From NCBI GenBank assembly GCA_013239625.1, contig MU056898.1:649717-713716 (forward strand): DNA of 64,000 nucleotides. The letters run 5' to 3'. Below the pieces are notes generated by a model. The model searched no databases and was not told the origin of the DNA. It was given only the letters and a program-made list of their open reading frames with translations. Both the position numbers and the translations under genes were made by a program. Below, piece by piece: positions 22,270 through 32,120 of the stretch. How positions within the stretch are numbered: position 1 is the stretch's first letter; every line of letters begins with the position of its first letter. This DNA comes from Lama guanicoe. Its lineage: Eukaryota.

Positions 22270-23300
22270 CTGGCAAGAGGACATGGTGAGTGCTGCCCCC
22301 ACCTGCAGGTGACCTGGCTGCCCTCCTAACAGCCCCAGCAGGTCTGGGGCAAAGGGGCTGGGGTTGGGGCTCTGGACACTCCCCTGAGAAACAGCTTCCT
22401 TGTAAGCACCTTGACCAGCACTCACATCACTGGCACAGGGACTCCACAGGAGCTGCTAGAAAGCACGGCCCAGGTCCCAGGCGGAGCCCCGGTAAGGCCC
22501 GGCCACACCCACTCCAATGGGCAGCGCCTGCCCTGGCCAAGGGGTCGGGCTGCCCCACCTCCCGGGAGTACCCCCAGGGCTGATATCCCTTCCTAGACTC
22601 TGGAACACGCTCTCGCCACCGTGCTTGGGCCTGGGGTGGCTGGGAGGCTAAGCTGGCCCAGAACTCTCCTCCCAAGTCGGCTGCCCAACCCTTCCCTTCC
22701 CCTTCGGACCACTCCCTCTCACTGAACATCAGGAGACCCTGGAGCCCAGATCCGGGCTTGCCCCACACCCGCAGCACGCCAGCGAGCGGGTCCCGTGGCC
22801 ACGCCACCCGGCCCAGGCCGACAGGACCGGCTGTCCTCTACACGGAGCCCTGGAATGACTCCCTCTCCCTTCTCACCCCTCTGGACCCCGCACCCTCTTC
22901 CAGGAAGGGCACACACACCCTGCCCTCTGGGAAGCTGTCCCACCACTCCTGCCTGCTGGGCCCCCCTCCGCTGTCCCACAGCCCTGGGAGGCCCAGGATC
23001 CACAAGCTGAGGCCACCAGGGAGGGGTCAGAAGACAGCTAAGCAGATCCTGGGTATGAACCCAGCCCTACACTGAGCAGGGCTGCTCCAAGAGTCCCTTC
23101 TATCTCTGCGGAGCCAATGAAAAAGTTATTCTGCCACTAAGAGTACAGAAGCCACAATGTGTGCCAGTGCCTTGGTGACCACCCACGCACTGCCTGGCCA
23201 TGCCCTGGACAGCCGCCTGACTGAGCCCTGGTTCCAGGAGCTCCCCTGAAGTTCTCTGACCTCTCTGCCTGCCTCACGGAAGGTGAACCCCAATCCTTAC

Positions 23301-23417
23301 CAGTCCTGCAGTTTCAGGATCCCCAAAGCCAGAGGCCCTGCTTGTATGGGGCTCAGATGGCTCAGAGTCTGTGCCAAAGTCTCCCACAGGCCACAGTCAG
23401 AACTCCCCACAGGAGAA
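23301..23417 (-). CDS. BRAT1: BRAT1 exon 6 (117 nt)
   Basis: SPVGSSDCGLWETLAQTLSHLSPIQAGPLALGILKLQD; cctgcag| and CTG|GTAAGG. Confidence 0.94.
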
Positions 23418-23695
23418 CTGCAGGAGAGGACCCAGGAAGAAAATGTTATTCCTCCATCCAGCCCGCCAAAGCCCACCGGTGCCCAGCGGGACTGCTGCGG
23501 CCCGGCGTGCTTGGCTGAGACGGGAGGCCCACCCCAGCTGTGCAGGCTTTGAAATCCTCTGGCATTCCCTCTACTCAAGGCAGCGTTCTTGGGGAGCTAA
23601 TGAGACATGGCCCCAGGTGTAAAACTTCCCGAGGAAAACAAGCCCCCCCAGTCCTGCCCGCACCCCCCCCCAAAGCTGTACCCCGGGGGCCTGAC

Positions 23696-24068
23696 CGGGC
23701 CACACTGAGGAGGAGATCCATGAGCGAGTGTGAGGCTGGGATGGGGTCTTTCTCGAGCAGACAGGCCACGAGGGGGCTCAGCCGCACCCAGAGGCCCTGT
23801 GTCCATGGGCCGTGGCAGTGCCCAAACGTGGTGGTCAGGACGTTCAGGGCCTGCGTGACCTGCGGGGTGGCTGTGGAGTGCAGGGAGTCTTCGACGTGAC
23901 ACACAATCTTCTGGGCACACGCTGGCCAGTCACACCCCTGGGGGCTGGGATGTCCCTCGGCTGGGCTTTGCATCGCCAAGGCAAGGATGTGCACCAGGAG
24001 CTGTCCAGCTGCTGAGGCCACAAACAGGCTGGAATCTCCCTGCAGGGAGAAGATGGTGTCAACAGCAC
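23696..24068 (-). CDS. BRAT1: BRAT1 exon 5 (373 nt)
   Basis: [25 protein letters not shown]...DLLLSVAR; cccccag| and CCG|GTCAGG. Confidence 0.95.
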
Positions 24069-24565
24069 CTGGGGGAGGGGACAAGGGGCAGGGAAAGAAA
24101 CAAGGTTCAGCTGGAAGTGAGTCCACAGTGGACAGCAGGGACGCTGAAACCACTGAGCGGCTTTAAGCACTGGATTTCAGAACCTCACGGCCAGAGCTCA
24201 AATGCCACGCACCACGGAGGCTCCGAGAGAGGCCCAGCCTCCCCTCTGCTCAGAGGCAAAGGAACCAGAACGGAGGGTTCATGTGCGAGGGGCTTTAGAA
24301 GTCTGGCCACTTTTGATTCTTTCCAGTCAGTTCCAAAGCCACCCCAGCTGCTGGGTCCGACCAATGAGCCACAGGGCACCACACACCCTTGAGGGGCCTC
24401 CAACCCCTGGTTACCCTGAGTGTTCCTCACAACGGCCCTGTGATACCACAGCCATTTTCACGTTTAGAGCACGAGGCCCAGAAAGGTGCAGCGATTTCCC
24501 TGAAGTCACAAAGCATCAGGCAGAGTGAGGACAGAGGCTGAAGGAGGGGCAGATGGGGCACTCAC

Positions 24566-24713
24566 CACAGTCAGCAAGGAAGAGCAGGGCACTGGGGTGC
24601 TGGGCCAGGGAGCGCAGGCCCTGCAGCCAGCCACTGCGCACTGTGGGGGCGGTCCAGGCGGCCCCTCCGAGGGGCCCCGCCTCCCCGAAGAGCATGGGCA
24701 GCAACTCCCCCTG
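24566..24713 (-). CDS. BRAT1: BRAT1 exon 4 (148 nt)
   Basis: [49 protein letters not shown]; ttcccag|CAG, donor GTG|GTGAGT. Confidence 0.95.
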
Positions 24714-25598
24714 CTGGGAAACAGAGGAGGAAGGGGTAACCTGGGGAAGTTCCGCAGATCAGAGATGGCTTTTCTATTGTTCAGAGCTGGTTCAGAGCAC
24801 TTCTCTGGGGGACCTTTCTCGTGAGCTGCCCACACAAAGTGCCTGTGGGCAGCTGTGCTTCTGGGAGGTGTCAGGTGGCCACCAGAACCAACTGATGGGA
24901 AAAGAGCTTCTGGAGAATTGGGTTTTACAGAAAGGCTCACCAACTGTCACAGTTCACTTCAAAAACCCCTCCTCCAAATGGTCCACCAACTCCGGCGCCA
25001 AAGGCCCCCCTCTCACCAGGACATCCTGTGCTCAAGGACCCCCAAAGGTCCCCACAGCCTACTGGGCTCTTACACTTGGGAAGTGGGGTCTTCCAGGGCC
25101 CCTGCCCTCCTCCAGGTGTCCCCCACCCCAGATTCCCCAACACGCCCCATGTATCAGGCTTGCCCTGCACTTACCACTGCTCAAACCCCTTATGACCCAG
25201 CTATGAGCCCACCGCCCCCATGAAGCTGACCCCTAGCTGGCAGTGACTAACTCTTCAGTCAACCCCCCCTGGCTTATGGACATCCATGGTACAGTCATGC
25301 ACTGTCCTCATTTCCCGTCATGTGCCCAAGATTCTTGTTCACCACAGAGGTCTCAACACAGTGAGTAGCAAACCCGGGGGCTGCCAGATCCCCCGGGAGT
25401 CTGTGAAGGGGCAGGAGGCCAAGCCAGCACCACGGATGCAGGATGGGAGGGCACCCTCCCACTGCCCCGCAGAGCCTGAACCTGCAGGTGTCCCTCGTCC
25501 CCGCACACAGGGGGCCAACCGCCAGACTGAAGGGCAGCCTGCAGCCTGTCAAGCCTCTAAAGCCACAGCAGGCCTTGAGAGGGACGACACAGGCTCAC

Positions 25599-25753
25599 CT
25601 GAAGATACTGGAAGCAGTCTTCCTGGGCTGCAAACAGCCCTGCGAGGCGGAGTGAGAAGGAGAGGACTCTGGGATGCGGGTCGTGGGCTTTCAGCACGCG
25701 GAACAGCAGCTCCACCAGGCAAGGGTTCTCCTGCAGCAACAGGAGACTGGGCC
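25599..25753 (-). CDS. BRAT1: BRAT1 exon 3 (155 nt)
   Basis: [22 protein letters not shown]...[11 protein letters not shown]; ctccag| and CAG|GTGAGC. Confidence 0.95.
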
Positions 25754-26239
25754 CTGGAGGCAGGCGCAGCAAGGCAGCGTGTCACCGGGGCGCAGTGCCT
25801 GCCTCCCTGGGGGACCATTCTCCTGTCACCTCCCAGACACCCTTTCTCTCAGGTTCAACTGAGCAGTCCAACTGGGAGAAAATGTTTGCAAAACTGCAAC
25901 AAAGGATGGTGACTTTAATTCAACGAGGGGACAAACTCGCAAGCCGACACCTCAATGACAAGCAAGGGACGTGGACAGGAAATACAAATGACCAGAAACC
26001 TGCGAAGACGCTCTGCCTTGCACATCATGTAAAAGAGACGCAAATTAAAGCAGAAGGCAGGCTTCACCTCTCCGATGGACGCCTCTCTCTTACACTGAGC
26101 TCCAAAGCAACGGGCACAGCAAGCAGGCCCTGATTCCAGACCCGGCACCTGACACGTCCGCGCGCAACCACAGACGGGCCGGCGGGAGCCGGCGACCCGG
26201 GGCAGGGCTCCGAGCGCTTCCACAGAGAGGCCCTTAGAA

Positions 26240-27910
26240 AGGACTATGGCTCAGTAAGAAGGAAAAAGAACAGTGAAAAAGAAAAAAGCAAGGAGCAAAG
26301 AAACCAGTAAACATGTGGGCAAATCTAAAAAAGCACTGACTTTAAAAATTAAAAATAAGTAACTCTGAAGAAGCTTAGAACAAGACAGAATCAAAATAAA
26401 GACAACGAGCCATGGAAGACTGTCTGGACTGGAGTTACAGTGCTCGGGACCCTTGTGTTGTTGGAACAGAGGATAGAGATTCTAACTAACTTTCGACTTT
26501 TTAAATACAGTTTGTGTGTAAGAGTAACCACTAAAGAACTTAAGTGGAATGCATAACTTTAAAACCAGAGGAAGAAAGACTGAAACAACAAAAGTTTTAT
26601 TGATCCAATGGAGGGCAGAAAAGGAGGTAAAAGGAGCAACAATAATGAACGGGAAAGGTTTTAAAAATACAAAAGAAGCTGCTCTCACTTTTTGAGATAG
26701 TCCACATTCTGCCTATGGAATGTGTATCTCTCTAAATAAATTTGCTATCACTTAAAAAAAAAAGAATATCATGAAAACAGGTTCAAACATACCAGTAAGT
26801 TCAACAAATGAAACAGATCAAGTTGTCTGTTAAAATAAAGAGCTGCTCAGATTACATTAAAAACCAAAGGCTGGCAACATAAGGCTGATAAGAAACAATG
26901 AAGCTTGACAACACAGAAAGCCAGAGTAAAGGGTGAAAAGATACAGCTGGGAACAGCAAGAAGAATGTCAGACAAAACTGACTTTTAAACAGAAACACTA
27001 TCAGAGCTTTAGGAAGAAAGTCGCTGCTCACAGAAACAAACCCCAGAGAAATAACAGTCTAAGCCTACACATACCCAACCTAACTTCAAAATATATAAAG
27101 GGGGGGAAAGAATTTCAAAGAAAAATTGTTGAGTTTGCAATCTTCGTATAAGATTTCCACACACCTCCCAAATACAATGAAGCAAACAAATTAGCAAGAA
27201 CATTGCAGGCTTTAACAACGGGAACAAGGATGGAGACGACGTTCTCATCACGCAGAACACTGAGGGGAACGGATACAGGAAAAGAGACCACTGTGAATGG
27301 GTACCAGGTTTCTCCCAAGGGGGACGACAATGTTACAAAATTGGTTTGTGGGATGGTGGTGGATCCAGAGTGAATTTACTAAAAACAGCTGAGTTACACA
27401 TTTTAAACGGATCAGTTCTACGGTACATAAATCGTTCCTCAGAGAAAGCTGTTTAAAAATAATTTTTAAAATGTGGCTAACTGGCCACAACTGAAGACTA
27501 AATACCAAAAAACAATATCCTATGGCGAAATCTACAAAACATGTGAAACATGGTCTGCACACCATGCCACAAGAAGAGCTTCAACAGATACAAAAGAATC
27601 AAAATACAGATTTTTTTAACTCTAATGAAATAAATTAGAAATCAATAATGACCTCCATATCATAAATCTAAAAGATGTTCTCTTAAGCAATTTGTGGGTG
27701 AAGAGATATCACAGTGAAAAGCATGAAATATATTTGAAAGTAAATTACAACAAAAGCATTGCACAGTAAGACTTGCAGGGTGCAGCTAAAGTGATACTTT
27801 CAGAGAAATGTGTAGCCTCAAATGCGTCTATTAGAAAACACGACAGACTCTGCTATTCAACTAAAACGGGAGTAAAGAACTGGGTAAACCAAAGCCAAAA
27901 GCAGCAGAAG
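26240..27910 (+). mobile_element. old LINE-1 remnant(s) in BRAT1 intron 2
   Basis: A-rich; peptide GAAKVILSEKCVASNASIRK resembles L1 ORF2 DAAKAVLRGKFIALNAYIRK; nested L1 3'-end piece at ~27270-27460. Confidence 0.75.
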
Positions 27911-28575
27911 TTAACGACATGTAATCTATCCTACGGCAATCATCAGCCGAGAGAACACTACACGAGCAAATGTATAAGGAAAGCCATGCCGTCCCACTAG
28001 AAACGTAAACGTCAACAGCAGTGGAGTGATTATAAAATTAAGATCCATTCACAGAGCGAATGACATAGTCAATAAAGCCAATGTGTCCGCGGGGAAAATA
28101 CCCACACGACGGTAAGAAAAAGCAAGACAGCAAGGTGTACTTACGGTGCAACCTCATTTTTACAAGAAAAATATCTCTCTATGATGTGCTAAGAAAAAAT
28201 GCTGGAAGGAAATAAAAGATGTTTGGGGTGGTTTAATTTTCATCTTTACTCCTCTGTGCTGTCCAAACTTTACTTCAAGAATACATACTACTTACGTAAT
28301 CAGAAAGAAAAACTGATTTCTTAAAACAAACAAAAAGTGCAATGCAAACAACAAAATATGCTTGTCCATGCCCTTGGCAGCCGCATAGCGTGACCAGAGA
28401 AACAGGAGGCCTACAGCCCAAGCCCCATCAGGCTCAGTTTGCCATGTCCCCAAAGCCAGGGGGAATCTTGAAGATACGAAGGAAAGACACCAGATGGACG
28501 GCCCTTCCCCAGGACAGGGCAGCCCTGCACTGTCTGGCCTCTGTGGAAAGTCAACAGTGACACCCTCACCCATAC

Positions 28576-28702
28576 CTGCTTCAGTTACTGTTTTAAACCA
28601 GTCCAGCAGCTTCTCCAAACAAGTGTCATCTGCCACGGGCTGCCTGGGGTCTACCAGGACAGCACAGAGAGCCGGGAGGAGGCGGGAGCACTCTGGGTCC
28701 AT
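28576..28702 (-). CDS. BRAT1: BRAT1 first coding exon (exon 2; whole exon 28576-28719 including 17 nt 5'UTR)
   Basis: ATG at 28702, [42 protein letters not shown]; acceptor tttgcag, donor CAG|GTATGG. Confidence 0.96.
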
Positions 28703-29349
28703 GATGAGGCTGGGGGTTTCTGCAAAGGAAATGTCAGGGCCAGAACTGACAGGCCCTAGTCACCGGCGGCAGCCCCCATGCCTGCCCGGGCCCCAGAACT
28801 TTCACCTCAGGCCAGATGACTGAGATTCTCAGACAGAAACTCCAAGCTGCTGGGATGGATGTAAAGCCTCAGCTTAGGTGGGACTGGAGGTTGTCAAAAA
28901 CAAGCAAGAGCCCTCAGTGAGGGTGCCGGAGATGGGAGCCTGGAGTAAACCGTGAGGTCTCAGGAGCTCCAAGCCGGCCAGCCTTGGACTCTGGAGGGAG
29001 GACAGCATGAAGCTGGCCTGGGTAGGCTGCAGGTGGGCCAGAGGGAGCGGTGCGTGCACGCTCTGGGGCCGGCCACGTGTAGAGGGGCAGACGTCTCAGT
29101 CCAGACCGGAAGTGTCTGTCTGTCGTCCGCCCCCTCCCCCACGCAAGGGTCGGTGTGAAACCCTGCCGCCAGCAGTCTGCGCGGAGAAGGCTCTCTGCCC
29201 ACTCACTGCCGGTGCCTCCCGGCCGGCAAGTCACTTGTGTCCGGCCTGGGAGGGGACCCGGGAGCCCGTCTGTCCTGTGGTCAGAGGGGCTCTCGCGAGA
29301 GTGGGGCTGGCCAGGGAGTCTGTGTGCCGGAGTCAGGAGCAGGCCTGCC

Positions 29350-29900
29350 CGGGCTGGGGCGTCCGTCTGTCCATCTCCGGCCAGGCTGAGCCCTTGCGGA
29401 GGAGGGCGCCCTCCCTGCGGACCGCCCCCCACCAGGTCGCGCCCAGGCCGCGCACGCGGGGTCCTCGTGCTCCCCGGCCCCCGACCCCGGCCTGGCCACA
29501 GAGACCACAACCCCTCCCCCCGCGCGCGCCTCACCCGCCTCGCGTTCGTCAGCCGCCGCACGCCCCGCCCCGGGCCGCGCCACCTGCCGAGCCTGACGGG
29601 GCGAGGACGGACACGGCGGGCGGGGGAACGGCGAACGCGCCCCTAGAGGCCAGTCTGGGAGCCCAGAGGGCCCAGGCGCGGGGAACGAGCTCAGGCTGAG
29701 GGGGACAGACCAGCGCCAAGCCCGTCGCCCGGACCCATCACCCCCACCGGGACGCTCATGGTACGTGCTTGGGCGTCCGGCAGGCTTTGCGGCCGAAGGC
29801 GGGGCTTCCGGTGGAAGGCGTGGCCGTGCGCGAAGGGGCGTAGCCAGCTCGCCAAGGCTACTAGAGCCAGCGAAGGAAAGTTCCTGCGGGGTGGAACACG
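29350..29900 (-). promoter_or_regulatory. BRAT1: BRAT1 CpG-island promoter and non-coding exon 1 (boundaries uncertain; candidate donor CGG|GTGAGG with exon ending at 29535)
   Basis: CpG-dense; GC box 29798-29804 adjacent to ETS core CTTCCGG 29805-29811; additional ACCGGAAGTG at 29105-29114 in intron 1. Confidence 0.75.
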
Positions 29901-29912
29901 TGTTCTGTCTGA

Positions 29913-30354
29913 ACAGGTCTTCCTCGGCTTACCGTGGGGTCTCATCCCATTTAATGCACCTAACCCACTGAACATCATAGCTTAGCTTAGTCTACCTTAT
30001 ACTTGCTCAGAACAATTACATTAGCCCTCAGCTGGGCAAAATCATCTGACTCAAAGCCTGCTTTACAATAAAATGTTGAATATGTCGTGTAACTGATGGA
30101 CTACTGTACTGAAAGGGAAAAGCGGAATGGCTGTGAGTGTACAGTTGTTTCCCCTCATGACTGCACGGCGGACTGGGATCTACGGCTCCCCGCCACTGCC
30201 CACCGTCACGCCGCTGCTAGCATCACGAGGGAGTAACCTACCACGCACTGCCAGCCTGGGAAAAAAACCAAACTTCAAAATTCCAAGTACACTTTCTACT
30301 GAATGTGTATTACTCTTGCACCATCGTAAAGTCCAAAAATTGTAAGTGGACCAT
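29913..30354 (+). mobile_element. TcMar-Tigger DNA transposon (MER47-like)
   Basis: CATCATAGCTTAGC...GCTCAGAACAATTACATTAGCC...TTTCTACTGAATG...CACCATCGTAAAGTC. Confidence 0.75.
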
Positions 30355-30844
30355 GGACATTCAGAAACCGAAACTATGTGTAATTAAAGAAGAGAAAGTA
30401 AGTGAAACAACAGAAGCAGGAGAGGTAGGGACTTTGAGGAGCCCCCGGGAGTGGGAGAGGAGCAAGAGGTACTTCTAAACAGGCAGTTCCGGTGGTGAAA
30501 GCACTCCTGTGCCACGTGGACAAGACCTGGGGAAGTGAATGGGATTTGTTAAGCAGGTGAGAGGCGGATAACACTCATCTCTTAGAAACAATTCTGGTGG
30601 GAGCTCAAAGGAGGGCACGGGAGTCCTTTTCTCTTAGGGTGCATCACAGAAGATGAAAAATGAGGAACCAGAACTTGGGGGTCAGACTCTACCTGACCCG
30701 GCTCAGGAGACACGGCTTCTCAGAGCAGAGGAGCGCCAGTGAGCGAAGTGGATAATTTCAGAACAAATAAAATTTTACTGTTTTAAATACCATTCAGGTA
30801 ATTGGACCGGTGGCAAAGCGTCACCCGGCAGCTTCTGTTTTCTG

Positions 30845-31520
30845 AGGTGCTATCATGTGCCAGGCACCATGCTGAATTTCATCTCTGTTATCTCCTCCAG
30901 TGCCAACAAAAGCCCTGAAAACTGTCTCCACTTTGCAGACAAGGTGACGACGGTGAGGCTAAGCCTGGGCTGCTGACCACTCACCAGCTCAGTCTTCCCT
31001 GCTTGCAGGGAGACAGCCTTGGGCTACAATCTGGTTCACCCCCTTTGTTGTACAGATGAGGAAACTGAGGAAAAGAGGGACATGGAAGGTAATCGTAGTG
31101 CTAAAAGTAGCACAGTAATAACCTCCCAGGCGTTCCTCCCTCTACACCTTGCTACCCCACGTACAGACTCATTCACCAAGTAACAGTATGCACACTGTCA
31201 CGCTGCGCTCACTCTGGACCGGGCAACCGCACTAAGCACTTCAGAGATATCAACTCGCTTGCGCCCCACAACAACCCTTTTCTCCATTTTATATCTGAGG
31301 ACACAGGCACAGAGAAGTTATATGACTTGCCAGGTGCCAAATACCTATTGACTGAGCACTTGCTATGTGTTAGACCTTGTTCCAAGGGACGGAGATACAG
31401 CCGAGAACGAAACAAAACCCTGACCCAGAGAGCTTCCATTCTTGTCGTGGGATGTTCTTGTAGATAATAAAGGTCAGGGGCGGGAAAAATAAAGCAGGGT
31501 AAGAGGACAGAGTCGATGCC
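30845..31520 (-). mobile_element. cluster of MIR and L2 fragments between the BRAT1 and IQCE promoters
   Basis: TGTGCCAGGCACCATGCT, ACAGATGAGGAAACTGAGG, TATTGACTGAGCACTTGCTATGTG. Confidence 0.6.
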
Positions 31521-31953
31521 CTTGGAGGCCATTCTGAAGACAAAGGGCAGATTATGCTTGCTAATAACTTAAGTGAACTTTGCAGCTTAACGTTCCTAAA
31601 GATGGTCATGATGCACACTGAGTGCAGTGAAAGCAAACAATTATTTTTTATTGTCCTGTGGCTATATCAGAACCCTTGGGCCTAAGATGGTTTTCTGAAC
31701 GCCAGGCATTCAGAGCTCGTAGCCTGTGCACACTGCACAAGCCCCTTGTCCCTTTCAATCTTAGCCTAATAAATACTTGTTTTTAGTGTCCGACTCCGGT
31801 GACACACGGCCTCGCAGGGCAGCGTTGGAGCCGGCGGCGCCGCGCCAGCCCCGCCCCGCTCTCCGCGCGCGCGGTCTGTCGGCCCGCGGGCGTCGCGTCG
31901 CACGCGCACGGTCGGCCCGAGGCGGCCACATCCGGGACTCGGCGGCCGGCGCG

Positions 31954-31967
31954 GTTGCCATGGCAGC
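31954..31967. promoter_or_regulatory. RFX X-box motif
   Basis: GTTGCCATGGCAGC, one mismatch from the palindromic X-box GTTGCCATGGCAAC, about 120 nt upstream of the IQCE ATG. Confidence 0.75.
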
Positions 31968-31973
31968 GGGGGC

Positions 31974-31984
31974 NNNNNNNNNNN
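31974..31984. other. assembly gap (11 N) in IQCE promoter/5'UTR
   Basis: Run of N. Confidence 1.
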
Positions 31985-32084
31985 CGGGCTGGCCCGGAGG
32001 CTGCGGCCCCCGGGCGGCCGGCGGAGCCCGGGAAACGGACGGCCGCGCCGCAGCGGCCGGGGGCGATCGGGCAGCGCCGCCGCC

Positions 32085-32120
32085 ATGTCGCTGGGCACCG
32101 GGGAGCCGGCCTCGGAGACG
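32085..32120 (+). CDS. IQCE: IQCE exon 1 coding part
   Basis: MSLGTGEPASET, donor ACG|GTAAGC. Confidence 0.93.

Larger units (their letters stand above)
17830..29800 (-). other. BRAT1: BRAT1 gene span (BRCA1-associated ATM activator 1; INTS9/INTS11 partner); 5' end approximate
   Basis: 13 coding exons join in frame (127+155+148+373+117+92+119+187+74+103+99+176+699=2469 nt), [21 protein letters not shown]...GENEADCY*, recognisably BRAT1. Confidence 0.97.

Noticed and set aside
31520-31650. AT-rich stretch ending in ACA-ATT, superficially like an H/ACA snoRNA
   Set aside because: No convincing H box or double hairpin, and not intronic; more likely an old repeat
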